Part shown: positions 1-9,276 of the stretch, in pieces
How the letters are laid out: every line of letters begins with the position of its first letter
Numbering within the stretch: the first letter of the stretch is position 1
Source: a virus
Taxonomy: Duplodnaviria > Caudoviricetes
Strand: one strand, 5' to 3'
IMG/VR virus record: IMGVR_UViG_3300025875_000086
Location: 1 to 27,504 of that record
Length of the DNA stretch: 27,504 nt
Position numbers and translations under genes: made by a program
The notes under the pieces: generated by a model
Databases searched by the model: none
What the model was told of the DNA's origin: nothing
The model's input: only the letters and a program-made list of their open reading frames with translations

Positions 1-1
1 G

Positions 2-964
2 GTCGGAGAGGCGCTGATGGGCGTCATCCTGGCCGAGGCCGCCAAGCTCAAGCCGAGCGTCTGGACCAAGTACATCCGGCCCACCCTGGCCGACTACCAC
101 GGCGACGCGCTGTTCTCGAGCACGCCCGAGGGCAAGAACTGGTTCTACGAGCTCTGGCAGCGCGGCCAGCGGGGCGAGGAGAACTGGTGGTCGATCCGGA
201 TGCCCAGCTGGACCAACGACATCCTGTTCCCGCTCGGTCGGATCGACCCGGAGATCCGGGCCATGGAGTCGGAGATGACCCGGGAGAAGTTCCTGCAGGA
301 GATCGGCGCAGACTTCACCGAGAACGTCGGCGCGGTGTTCAAGGACTTCGACGAGGAGATCCACGTCGACCACCTGGCCTACGACCCCAAGCGACCGCTG
401 TGGCTGGCCACCGACTACGGCTTCACCAACCCCAACGTCGTGCTGTTCATCCAGACGGACATGTGGGACAACGTCTACGTCATCCGCGAGTACTACAAGC
501 GTCGGGTGACCACCCCGGAGATGATCTCCGAGATCAACGCCGACCCGGTGCTCGGCCCGCTCGCCCGGGTCGCCCTGGCGCTCTACCCAGACCCCGAGGC
601 ACCCGGGGACGCGAGCCAGCAGGCCGCCGCGTGGGGCGTCACCCTCAAGGGCTCGACCGGCGGGCTGATCCTCAACCGGGTCGACCTGATCCGGCGCTGG
701 CTCAAGGTCGGGCCGGAGTACCTGGCCGAGGGTCACCCGGACCGCCAGCCGCGGCTGTTCTTCGACCACAGCTGCGTGAACGCCATCAGGGAGATGCAGG
801 ACTATCGCTACCCTGAGACCAAGTCCGAGCAGAACGACAACGAGAACCCACTCAAGAAGGACGACCACGTCCCGGAGGCGCTGGGCCGGTTCTTCGCCGG
901 CCACTACGCCGCCGAAGTGCAGAAGCCAGGGACGGCCACCGTCCGCAAAGCAAGATCGGCATAG
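2..964 (+). CDS. terL: Terminase large subunit (5' end lies outside the window)
   Basis: The frame is open from the window edge. It has a Walker-B-like VGEALMGVILAEAA, coupling motif FSSTPEGKNWFY, nuclease-domain motifs TDYGFTNP and KKDDHVPEAL, and lies directly upstream of the portal. Confidence 0.93.
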   Translation, partial: VGEALMGVILAEAAKLKPSVWTKYIRPTLADYHGDALFSSTPEGKNWFYELWQRGQRGEENWWSIRMPSWTNDILFPLGRIDPEIRAMESEMTREKFLQEIGADFTENVGAVFKDFDEEIHVDHLAYDPKRPLWLATDYGFTNPNVVLFIQTDMWDNVYVIREYYKRRVTTPEMISEINADPVLGPLARVALALYPDPEAPGDASQQAAAWGVTLKGSTGGLILNRVDLIRRWLKVGPEYLAEGHPDRQPRLFFDHSCVNAIREMQDYRYPETKSEQNDNENPLKKDDHVPEALGRFFAGHYAAEVQKPGTATVRKARSA

Positions 965-973
965 GAGCAGACC

Positions 974-2545
974 GTGGCCCTCTACGGCACAGCAGCAGCG
1001 TTCATCGGACCACTTCCTGACTGGATCAACGCGACCGACGGCGCCCGGCTGGCGACCTACTCGTTCTACAAGGCGCTGTTCAAGAACGACAACACGTCCT
1101 TCAAGATCACGCTCCGGGAGGACGAGGAGAACCCGGTCTACGTCCCCTCGGCCAAGCGCATCGTCCGGACGATGGCCCGCTACACCTGCAAGGGGCTCGG
1201 CTTCACCACCGAGGGCGCCACGCCAGAGGCCGCGGCCGAGATGGTCATCGCGTTCGGCGACCTGTTCAAGCGGGAGGAGTTCTTCCCCAACTTCCGCGAC
1301 GCGCTCGAGATGGGTGTGGCCCAGGGTGACTTCTGCTGCATGGTCTCGGGCGACATCGACAAGCCCGAGCTGTCCCGGCTGTCGCTCCGCTTCATCGACC
1401 CGGGCACGTACTTCCCCCTGACCGTGGTCGGAGACCGCACCCGGGTCAACGGGCAGATGTTGGTCGAGACGATCACGATGAACGAGGCCTACGTCGAGAA
1501 CGGGCCCGGCACCCTCAAGGAGTACCTCCGGGTCCAGCGCTGGCTCAAGGTGACCCACCCCGACCACCCGCTCTACGTCGAGCCGGCGCCGGGCGTCGCG
1601 GTCAACTACGAGGTCCCGATCCAGTACGAGCGCCTGGTCATGGAGACCCGCGACTGGGAAGACCTGACCAAGCGGGTCATCGTCAAGACCGAGCAGCCGC
1701 TGGTCGAGATCCCCGGCATCCTCACCCTGCCGATCTACCACTTCCGCAACCGGGGCGAGGTCGGGGAGCTGATGGGGATCTCCGAGCTCGAGGGCATCGA
1801 GCGGCTGTTCATGGGCATCAACCAGGCCGCCACCGACGAGGACGTCGCCCTGGCCATGCAGGGGCTGGGGATCTACGTCTCCAACCAGCGGCCGGTGAAC
1901 AACGACGGCGAGCCCACCGACTGGGTCCTGGGGCCGCGCCGGGTGGTCCAGCTGTCCGGCACCGACGGGTCGTTCGAGCGGGTCTCGGGGGTCTCCTCGG
2001 TGGTGGCCAGCCAGGACCACATCAAGTACCTCCAGGACATGGCCGAGTCAACGGTCGGGATCTCCGACGTCGCGCTGGGCCAGGTCGACACCCAGACCGC
2101 GGAGTCCGGGATCGCGCTGGCGCTGCGGATGGGTCCGATCCTGGACGAGTCGACCCGTAAGGACGAGCGGATCCTGTCCAAGCTCACCCAGATGTTCCAC
2201 GACCTCAAGGTGTGGTTCGACGTCTACGAGGGCCAGACGTTCGACGAGCTGGTCGACATCATTCCGACGGTCGAGCCCAAGCTGCCCGTCGACACCGACA
2301 AGCAGATCACCCGGCTCCAGGATCTCTACGTCAACGGGGTGATCGGGACGATCCTCTACATCACCAAGCTGAACGAGCTGGGGATGGAGCTGGGCAAGCC
2401 CGAGGATGTGATGAAAGCCCAGATGGAGGAGGCCGCGGAGCGCGCGGCAGCCGCGGCCGAGCAGATGGCGGCCAGCGGCGGGCTCGACCCGGACGGGGAG
2501 CGACTGGCGTCTGAGGCCGAGGCTCCCGCTGATCCGGAGGAGTAG
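974..2545 (+). CDS. Portal protein
   Basis: 523 aa, GTG start after a TAGGAG RBS, follows the terminase. Portal-like motifs GISELEGIE and ESGIALALRMGP, with an acidic C-terminal tail. Confidence 0.88.
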   Translation: MALYGTAAAFIGPLPDWINATDGARLATYSFYKALFKNDNTSFKITLREDEENPVYVPSAKRIVRTMARYTCKGLGFTTEGATPEAAAEMVIAFGDLFKREEFFPNFRDALEMGVAQGDFCCMVSGDIDKPELSRLSLRFIDPGTYFPLTVVGDRTRVNGQMLVETITMNEAYVENGPGTLKEYLRVQRWLKVTHPDHPLYVEPAPGVAVNYEVPIQYERLVMETRDWEDLTKRVIVKTEQPLVEIPGILTLPIYHFRNRGEVGELMGISELEGIERLFMGINQAATDEDVALAMQGLGIYVSNQRPVNNDGEPTDWVLGPRRVVQLSGTDGSFERVSGVSSVVASQDHIKYLQDMAESTVGISDVALGQVDTQTAESGIALALRMGPILDESTRKDERILSKLTQMFHDLKVWFDVYEGQTFDELVDIIPTVEPKLPVDTDKQITRLQDLYVNGVIGTILYITKLNELGMELGKPEDVMKAQMEEAAERAAAAAEQMAASGGLDPDGERLASEAEAPADPEE

Positions 2546-4524
2546 TGGACGAGTGGATCCTGTCCCGGCTGTTCATCGCGCTCCCCGAGCTGGGCACTGA
2601 CGACCGGTTCCTGGCCCAGCTGATCGCCAAGGGCGTCATCCCGTCCGAGGTCATCGCCATCTACAAGGAGGTCCGCAAGGGCTTCCCCGGGCTCAAGGCC
2701 CCCAAGGGTCAGCCGCTGCTCCAGCGGCTGATGATGATCGCCCCGGAACTGATGAGCGTCCGGCTGATGCAGGTGCTCAAGTCGATGCGCCTGATCTCGG
2801 CCAAGGACGCCAACGCGCTGTCTGTGCTGCTCAAGGCGGGCTCCCGGCTGCTCCCCGGCGGGGTGTCCGAGGCGACAATGTGGACCCGGATGGGTGCGGT
2901 GTTCGACGACATCTTCTCCCCGGCCACGGTCAACTACATCCGGGCCCTGAACAACGAGCAGATTGCCGCGCTGCGGCAGATCCTGCGGGCGGTCCCGGAG
3001 AACTTCGGCCCGCGCGAGGGGATCTTCGGGTACCGGTACGGAACGCTCACCTCGGGTGACGCCGAGATCATCCGGAACCTCCTGGCCAAGTCAGTCGCGC
3101 GGGCCCAGGTGCTGCGCGCGGTGATCTCGGGCACCCGCCGGATCCGCGCCGACCTCAAGACCCGCGACCTGGACACGGTCTGGGACGTGCTCGGGCTGGC
3201 GTTCGACAACATCCTCGACGAGGGCACGCTGCGTAACCTGGTCCGGGCCGGGGTGATCTCGCCGGAGCGCTTCGCCATGTTCGACTCGCTGCGCGCCCTG
3301 GGCGCCGGCGTCTGGCGCAAGGCCGTTCTCGCCCACACCTACGAGGGCTGGGCCGCCCGGACGCTGCTGATGAGCGAGGGCGTGCTGTCCCACGAGACCG
3401 TCAAGGTGCTCCTGGCGCTGGGCCGGATCACGCCAGCGCAGGCCGAGCTGCTCTACCCGGTGATGTCGGTCATCCGCGGGATCACCCGCCAGGCCGCCAG
3501 CAAGTGGCGGACCGGTCAGCGATACCGGATCGTCCCCGGCGAGAAGCCGATCAAGACCTTCGCCCGGATGAGCCAGCAGACCGACCGCGCGCTGCTGTCG
3601 CTGCTGTCGCAGGCGGCCGACGACGCCCGTCGGGAGGCCGAGAGGCTGGCCGCCACCAAGGCGTTCGGAAACCTCACCCGGGGCCGCCAGCAGGCCGCGG
3701 TGGCCGGCGCTGTGCATCGGTCGATGCGCGACGTCATGGAGAACGTGGGGAGCCTGGTGATCTTCGGGGAGAAGGAGGCCGCCCAGGCCGCGCTCGAGGC
3801 CTACACCTTCATGGCCAAGCCGTACGGAGCCTCGGCCGAGGGCAAGGCGTTGCAGCGGATGCTGCGCTACACCGCCCAGTCCGGGGTCGACTCCTACATC
3901 AGTCGGGAGGAGAACATCCTCCCGCTGTCGCGCCGGGTCTACCGGAACATCTCGCTGCTCAACGGCCAGGTCGACCGCGAGATCTCCAAGGGCCTGATCC
4001 GGGGACTGAACGCCCGGGAGCTGGCCGGAGTCGTCCAGCGCTTCATCCATCCGGGCACACCGGGCGGGGCGTCCTATGCGGCGATGCGGCTGGCCCGGAC
4101 CGAGATCAACAACGCCTTCCACCAGACCGCGATCCGCTACACCCGGGAGATGCCCTGGGTCGAGGGCTACCGGTGGAACCTCTCGGGCAGCCATGGCCGT
4201 CCGGACGTCTGCAACGACATGGCCGAGCACTCCGAGGGGCTGGGCCGCGGGGTCTACGGGAAGGCCGGCGCACCGGGCAAGCCGCACCCCCACTGCCTCT
4301 GCTACATCACCACCGAGAGCGTCGACAACGCGACCTTCTACAAGCGCTACCGGTCGGGCGCCTACTCCTCCTACCTGGACCAGATCCAGGGCGCCGGGGT
4401 GTTCCCGGAGGACCGTTACACCCCGACCCGGGTGCAAGATGTTGCGCGTTCTGGCGCCAATCTTGCACTCGTGAACATCCTCGCCGACGTCGTGGGACGG
4501 GTGGGTCAGTTGTTGCTCCGCTAA
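2545..4524 (+). CDS. MuF-like (head morphogenesis/minor capsid) protein with a long N-terminal extension
   Basis: The C-terminal half has RLARTEINNAFH...W.LSGSH...DVC...GRGVY...PGKPHPHCLC, typical of MuF/minor capsid proteins. It lies between portal and scaffold, and its start overlaps the portal stop (TAGTG). Confidence 0.78.
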   Translation: MDEWILSRLFIALPELGTDDRFLAQLIAKGVIPSEVIAIYKEVRKGFPGLKAPKGQPLLQRLMMIAPELMSVRLMQVLKSMRLISAKDANALSVLLKAGSRLLPGGVSEATMWTRMGAVFDDIFSPATVNYIRALNNEQIAALRQILRAVPENFGPREGIFGYRYGTLTSGDAEIIRNLLAKSVARAQVLRAVISGTRRIRADLKTRDLDTVWDVLGLAFDNILDEGTLRNLVRAGVISPERFAMFDSLRALGAGVWRKAVLAHTYEGWAARTLLMSEGVLSHETVKVLLALGRITPAQAELLYPVMSVIRGITRQAASKWRTGQRYRIVPGEKPIKTFARMSQQTDRALLSLLSQAADDARREAERLAATKAFGNLTRGRQQAAVAGAVHRSMRDVMENVGSLVIFGEKEAAQAALEAYTFMAKPYGASAEGKALQRMLRYTAQSGVDSYISREENILPLSRRVYRNISLLNGQVDREISKGLIRGLNARELAGVVQRFIHPGTPGGASYAAMRLARTEINNAFHQTAIRYTREMPWVEGYRWNLSGSHGRPDVCNDMAEHSEGLGRGVYGKAGAPGKPHPHCLCYITTESVDNATFYKRYRSGAYSSYLDQIQGAGVFPEDRYTPTRVQDVARSGANLALVNILADVVGRVGQLLLR

Positions 4525-4539
4525 TCTTGCGGGTAATAT
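4510..4539 (+). promoter_or_regulatory. Possible promoter for the scaffold/capsid genes
   Basis: TTGTTG-N18-TAATAT in a locally AT-richer stretch, just upstream of the GGAGG RBS (4551-4555). The -35 match is weak. Confidence 0.3.
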
Positions 4540-4560
4540 CCATCCCGCCAGGAGGTTTTT

Positions 4561-5253
4561 GTGCAGAGCATCCCGAGGTTGCGCCTCGATTCGATCACCT
4601 GGAGGAACTTCACGATCTGCGGCGCGAGCCCGGATGGCGAGGCTCCCCCGGAAGGTCAACCAGCAGGAAGCGGTAGTGCCGCAGCAGGAAGCGGAACCGG
4701 TAGCGCCGGCGACGACGAGGACATCAAGGATCCCAAGGCAAAGATCCGGTCTCTTCAAGAAGAGAAAGATCGCCACTTCGCCGCAAGGCAGCAGGCCGAA
4801 ACAGAGCTGAATGAACTACGCAAGGAGAAAGACGAGCGGGAACGAGCCACTTTGAGCGATGCCGAGAAGACCGCAAGGGATCTCGAAACCGCGAAGAAGA
4901 CCTCCACCCAGCTCGTCGACACCAACCGTAGGCTCTCGATCGAGAACAACTTCCTGCTCCAGAACGACGTCTCGTGGCACAACCCAGCAGCCGCTCTCAA
5001 GCTGGTCGATCTCTCCGAAGTCGAGACGAGTGACGACGGGACCATCAAAAACCCCGACGTCCTCAAGGCCGCGATCGCCAAGTTGGCCAAAGAACAGCCA
5101 TATCTGGTGAAAGCGCCAGCCGATGACGAGCAGGGCAAGCGCAAGCCCCCGCCCTCCAGCGGGTCTGCCCCAGGTGGGCAGCCGCCGAGGACCGACGGGC
5201 TGGACGCCGACTCCCTGCAGTCGAAGTATCCGGCACTGCGCGCCCACCGCTAG
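4561..5253 (+). CDS. Capsid scaffolding protein
   Basis: GGAGG RBS, charged coiled-coil centre, LAKEQPYLVK followed by a Gly/Pro-rich tail and KYPAL end; lies just before the capsid genes. Confidence 0.85.
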   Translation: MQSIPRLRLDSITWRNFTICGASPDGEAPPEGQPAGSGSAAAGSGTGSAGDDEDIKDPKAKIRSLQEEKDRHFAARQQAETELNELRKEKDERERATLSDAEKTARDLETAKKTSTQLVDTNRRLSIENNFLLQNDVSWHNPAAALKLVDLSEVETSDDGTIKNPDVLKAAIAKLAKEQPYLVKAPADDEQGKRKPPPSSGSAPGGQPPRTDGLDADSLQSKYPALRAHR

Positions 5254-5291
5254 TCGTGGGGCCGCACCAAAACTGAGGAGATCGAGCATCC

Positions 5292-5648
5292 ATGGCTCGT
5301 GTGGACAAGACAGAATCCGCTGTCGGCGTCACTCGTGGCACGCTGCTCGCTGACATCCCGCAGGCACTCTGGGGCGTTGCCCTGGGTGTCGGCGTGAATG
5401 CAGCGGGCCTGACCGTGCGCGGCGCAGGACAGAGCGGCATCGTCGGCATCATCATCGCCGACAAGACCAACTACAAGGCCGGCACCCGGTGCGACATCAT
5501 CGGCAACGGCTCCGAGCTCGTCGAGTTCCCGGGCGTCCCCGGGACCGTCTACTACGCGGCTGTGGCCGACGGAGTGATCTCGACGACCAACACTGGAACC
5601 CGCCTCGGTTACACGATCGAGGCCGACCGACTGGTGGTGACCCTGTGA
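5292..5648 (+). CDS. Small Gly-rich capsid accessory/decoration protein
   Basis: 118 aa, GAGGAG RBS, beta-rich Gly/Val/Thr composition with GTVYYA and RLGYTIEADRLVV; lies between scaffold and major capsid. Confidence 0.65.
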   Translation: MARVDKTESAVGVTRGTLLADIPQALWGVALGVGVNAAGLTVRGAGQSGIVGIIIADKTNYKAGTRCDIIGNGSELVEFPGVPGTVYYAAVADGVISTTNTGTRLGYTIEADRLVVTL

Positions 5649-6784
5649 CCGCCTCGGCGTTCATCCAGCCCAACTTTCGCATCGGCGGCGCTGTGCCCTC
5701 GGGCTACAACGCGGCTGCGGACCTCATCACGCAGACGATCGACGGCTTCGACCTCAACTCCATCTGGAACGAGTTCTCGGCCACGGTCGCCCTGCAGAAC
5801 GCACAGCGCCAGGCGATCGTCGACCTGCTGACCTTCCCGGTCACCGACCTGATCGAGCGCGTTGCTCAGATCTCGTCCGGTGCATTCGAGGAGGCGAGCG
5901 AGTACGGCGAGCCCCGCGGTCTGCGCCCGACCGGTTCGTACTTCAACCTGGGCTACGACTTCAAGTGGTACGACCTGGCGGCTCGCTTCACCTGGAAGTT
6001 CCTGGCCGACGCGCCGCGGACCCAGGTCGAGGCGATCAACCAGATGGCCCTCGAGGCCGACAACATGCTGGTGTTCTCGAAGGTGATGAACGCGATCTTC
6101 GACAACCGCAACCGTGAAGCCAACATCAACGACCAGATCGTCCCGGTCTACCCGCTCTACAACGGCGACGGCACCGTGCCGCCGAAGTACAAGAGCAACA
6201 CCTTCACCGGCTCCGAGACGCACTACCTGGTCTCAGGCGCTGCTGTGGTGGACTCCGGCGACCTGGACACGATGTACGAGAAGATGCGCTCCAAGGGCTA
6301 CTCGATGGAGAACGGTGTCCGGCACATCCTGCTGGTCAACCACCGCGAGGGCATGACGATCCGCGGCTTCCGCGTGGCGACGGGGTCGACCTACGACTTC
6401 ATCCCCAGCGTCGGCACCCCGGCCCAGTACATGCCGATCGACGTCACCCTGTTCGGTGGCTCCCAGCCTCCGGGCAACTACGCCGGCCTCACCGCCATCG
6501 GCTCCTACGGGCCGTTCCTGGTGGTCGAGGACGACCTGTTCCCGCCGACCTACATGGTCGCCATCGGGACGGGCGGCCGGGCGAACCTCAACAACCCGGT
6601 CGGCATCCGCGAGCACAGCAACCCGCAGCTGCGAGGCCTTCGGCTGGTCAAGGGCGCCACGCCCGACTACCCGCTGATCGACTCGTTCTACCAGCGGGCT
6701 TTCGGCACCGGCATCCGCCAGCGTGGCGGCGCCGTGGTCACCCAGGTCAAGGCGTCCGGGACGTACGACATCCCGGTCATCTGA
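5645..6784 (+). CDS. Major capsid protein (HK97 fold presumed)
   Basis: 379 aa from a GTG overlapping the upstream stop (GTGA), with SD-like GGTGGTGA at 5633-5640. It has a FEEASEYGEP E-loop-like motif, strong codon bias and the expected position. The ORF-track start at 5489 is overextended. Confidence 0.85.
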   Translation: MTASAFIQPNFRIGGAVPSGYNAAADLITQTIDGFDLNSIWNEFSATVALQNAQRQAIVDLLTFPVTDLIERVAQISSGAFEEASEYGEPRGLRPTGSYFNLGYDFKWYDLAARFTWKFLADAPRTQVEAINQMALEADNMLVFSKVMNAIFDNRNREANINDQIVPVYPLYNGDGTVPPKYKSNTFTGSETHYLVSGAAVVDSGDLDTMYEKMRSKGYSMENGVRHILLVNHREGMTIRGFRVATGSTYDFIPSVGTPAQYMPIDVTLFGGSQPPGNYAGLTAIGSYGPFLVVEDDLFPPTYMVAIGTGGRANLNNPVGIREHSNPQLRGLRLVKGATPDYPLIDSFYQRAFGTGIRQRGGAVVTQVKASGTYDIPVI

Positions 6785-6882
6785 CCCCATTGATCGCCGG
6801 GGCGGGGGTCGAATATCTGTCGACTGGCCTCGACCTGGGAACGGCTCCCGCTCCGGCTCAAACCTGCTGAAAGAAGGAACGC

Positions 6883-7272
6883 ATGTCTCGTAACGTCGAC
6901 CTGGACAACCTGTCCCCCGACGACGCCCAGTACCTGACCGACCGGCCTTACCTGATCGCCGAGGCCAAGCTGCAGGGCGTGTCCGACATCGAGGATCGAG
7001 TCGCCGAGGCGCTCGACCCCGATCCGACCCCCGAGGTTGTGACGTCCGACGAGGACGTCTCCACCTCGGTCAACTACGACGCGCTGAACCTCGGTGACGC
7101 ACGTCGGCTCGCTGTCAGCCGGGGTCTCTCCGCTGACGGCTCTAAGAAGGCCATCCTCGCCCGCCTGCAGGCCGCCGACGTCGCTACCGGCGTCACCGCG
7201 ACCGTCTCCCGGGAAGCCGAGGGCGCCGTCGAGGCGGCCGACGGCGGCTCCGACGACGAGGCCGGCGAGTAG
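6883..7272 (+). CDS. Acidic virion-region protein with a SAP/HeH-like motif
   Basis: YDALNLGDARRLAVSRGLSADGSKKAILARLQAAD fits the SAP helix-extension-helix pattern; GAAGGAA RBS. Confidence 0.7.
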   Translation: MSRNVDLDNLSPDDAQYLTDRPYLIAEAKLQGVSDIEDRVAEALDPDPTPEVVTSDEDVSTSVNYDALNLGDARRLAVSRGLSADGSKKAILARLQAADVATGVTATVSREAEGAVEAADGGSDDEAGE

Positions 7273-7275
7273 CAG

Positions 7276-7581
7276 ATGGCCAAGGTGAGCGAGCTCCAAG
7301 AGCTGAGGGATCTGGGTCCGTCACTGGACGCCGACGACTCAGTTCTTGGGGCCCTCATCGACCAGCTGGGCGTCAACGGCGCGCTGGCCCACCTCTGGGC
7401 CGCCCGGGCCGCAGCGACCGCGACGCTGGTCGACGTGACCGAGTCCGGGTCCAGCCGCAAGATGTCCGGGATCCACAACCAGGCCAAGAGCCTCGCCGAC
7501 CGCTACCGCGGGCTGGCCGACGCCGAGAACGCTGTCGTGCCCGTCAGCGGCACCGTGACGCTGGGGACGATCACCCGATGA
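7276..7581 (+). CDS. Head-to-tail adaptor
   Basis: 101 aa helical protein with W..RAA...LVDVTESGSSRKMS; follows the capsid genes. Confidence 0.7.
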   Translation: MAKVSELQELRDLGPSLDADDSVLGALIDQLGVNGALAHLWAARAAATATLVDVTESGSSRKMSGIHNQAKSLADRYRGLADAENAVVPVSGTVTLGTITR

Positions 7582-7964
7582 ACACCGTCGAGCTGGCGAT
7601 CCACGAAGCGATTACCGACGAGTTCGTGGCCGCCGACGTCGTGCTCCTCGACATCTGGCGCGTCACCCCCAAAATCTCTGACGGCGCCGGCGGGAAGCTC
7701 AACGGGCCCGACATGCTGGTCGCCTCCGAGCGCCCCTGCCGGATGCTGCCCCAGTCCCGCAACTCCTCCGAGGTCACAACCCAGACCGCGGCCGGGACGA
7801 TGGACAACCCCCGCTACGTGATCCTGACCCTGTCCGACTTCCGGTTCGTGCTGGGTGACCACTTCATCTGGAACGGCTACCGGTGGGAGGTGTCGTCGGT
7901 CCACGACATGCCTCGCTACGAGAGCAAGGCCGACGTCATCCGGAAGGAGCGCCTCGATGGCTAG
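7578..7964 (+). CDS. Head-to-tail stopper
   Basis: 128 aa beta-rich protein with GDHFIWNGYRWEV, an SPP1 gp16-like pattern; ATGA overlap with the upstream gene. Confidence 0.72.
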   Translation: MNTVELAIHEAITDEFVAADVVLLDIWRVTPKISDGAGGKLNGPDMLVASERPCRMLPQSRNSSEVTTQTAAGTMDNPRYVILTLSDFRFVLGDHFIWNGYRWEVSSVHDMPRYESKADVIRKERLDG

Positions 7965-8352
7965 GGGCGACTTCGCGCTCGACGTCGGCGGCCAGTTCTG
8001 CAAACTGGTCTGGAACAGCGACTCGCGCAACATGGGCCGCAAGCTGGCCAACGGGCCCAAACTGGTCCACGACGCCTCGGTGGCGATCGCTCACCGGATG
8101 GCGCCCCAGGTGGCCAACTACATGAAGAGCAACGCGCCCTGGACCGATCGGACCGGCAACGCCCGCAACGGGCTGGCTGCTCAGCCGTACGACGAGGGCA
8201 ACGCGGTCGGGATCGTGCTCTACCACCAGGTGTCCTACGGGATCTGGCTCGAGGTCCGCTGGGGCGGCCGGTACGCCATCATCAACCCGACCATCGACGT
8301 CATGGGTCCGCGGGTCATGTCGCAGTACAACAACCTGCTGGCGCGACTGTGA
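7957..8352 (+). CDS. HK97 gp10-like neck/tail completion protein
   Basis: NAPWTDRTGNARNGL and YGIWLEVRWGGRYAIINPT motifs; ATG at 7957 after an AAGGAG RBS. Confidence 0.75.
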   Translation: MARGDFALDVGGQFCKLVWNSDSRNMGRKLANGPKLVHDASVAIAHRMAPQVANYMKSNAPWTDRTGNARNGLAAQPYDEGNAVGIVLYHQVSYGIWLEVRWGGRYAIINPTIDVMGPRVMSQYNNLLARL

Positions 8353-8726
8353 GAGGCCTGGTGCAGACGCTCCTGGAGAGCGTGGAGCCGGGGATCACCG
8401 TGCTGCAGGGTTCGGCCATCGACGAGGCGCAGCCCGAGTTCCCCTTCATCATCCACAAGTTCTCGATCGGCGCCCCGACCCCGTCCGGGCTGGTCAAACC
8501 CGGGCTGGAGGTCTGGTGCTACGACCAGTCCGGCTCTTACCTCCGGATCGACCGGATCCTCGACCAGGTCAAGACGACCCTGTTGGCCTACCCGTTCACC
8601 TCGCTGAACGGCCGGGAGCACATCGCCGTAGTGGACTGGACCAACGACTCCGCGGACCTTCCCGCGGAGGAGTTCCATGGAATCACGCGCATGAGCGCGT
8701 TCAACCTCGTAGGGAGATCATCGTGA
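8349..8726 (+). CDS. Tail terminator protein
   Basis: 125 aa with FPFII, VWCYDQSGSYLRIDRILDQVKTTL; lies before the tail tube gene; GTGA overlap. Confidence 0.7.
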   Translation: MRGLVQTLLESVEPGITVLQGSAIDEAQPEFPFIIHKFSIGAPTPSGLVKPGLEVWCYDQSGSYLRIDRILDQVKTTLLAYPFTSLNGREHIAVVDWTNDSADLPAEEFHGITRMSAFNLVGRSS

Positions 8727-9076
8727 GTCATCAAGTCAAGTACCTCGGGCCGACCGAGCACACCCGGGAGATCACCAAGGCCCAGGCCAAGAACGCCGGC
8801 TTCATCCTGGCCAGCGACCTGCAGTGGACCCTGGCCTCCCGCCACACCCTCATCCTCGACGACCTCGACGAGACCGCGGTCGAGTTCTTCAACGAGTCGG
8901 ACGAGTTCCGAGTCAAGGAGGTCTCCGACGACGAGGATGCGCCCACAGCGACCGGGAAGGCCGCGGCTGACCTGGAGGTGCAGAAGTCGTCCGAGGGCGG
9001 CGCAGCGGGCTCTGGCTCGAGCGCCACGACCGGTCGCGGCCGGACCACGACCTCGACCACCACGGCCACGACCTGA
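8723..9076 (+). CDS. Hypothetical virion-region protein with a low-complexity C-terminus
   Basis: GTG at 8723 overlapping the upstream stop, AGGGAG RBS, coding-like codon usage; 117 aa. Confidence 0.7.
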   Translation: MSHQVKYLGPTEHTREITKAQAKNAGFILASDLQWTLASRHTLILDDLDETAVEFFNESDEFRVKEVSDDEDAPTATGKAAADLEVQKSSEGGAAGSGSSATTGRGRTTTSTTTATT

Positions 9077-9078
9077 TC

Positions 9079-9276
9079 GTGTCCACACAGCTTCGGTGCG
9101 ACAGCCAGATCCTGTTCGGGATCCTCGAGGACAGCGTTCTCGAGGTCAAGTGCAAGTCTGACCGTTGCGCCGATCGGGTGAAAGGAGCGGTAGTCATTCA
9201 CCGCTTCGACATCCACAGCGGGAACCTCCTGGAGACCCTGAAATACAAGGATCCCGCTACGAAGAAAGGTAGGTGA
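9079..9276 (+). CDS. Small Cys/His protein, possibly a Mu Com-like zinc ribbon
   Basis: LRCDSQILFG...LEVKCKSDRC...VIHRFD; fills the gap exactly between its neighbours. Confidence 0.6.
   Translation: MSTQLRCDSQILFGILEDSVLEVKCKSDRCADRVKGAVVIHRFDIHSGNLLETLKYKDPATKKGR

Noticed and set aside
5489-5648. Possible -1 frameshift fusion of the accessory protein to the major capsid protein
   Set aside because: The capsid frame is open upstream, but no slippery heptamer is visible. The GTGA overlap with an SD-like GGTGGTGA explains expression by translational coupling.
6783-6810. Possible terminator hairpin GACCCC...GGGGTC after the major capsid gene
   Set aside because: It has only a 6-bp stem with a long loop and no U-tract. 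Plausible, but not supportable as a terminator.
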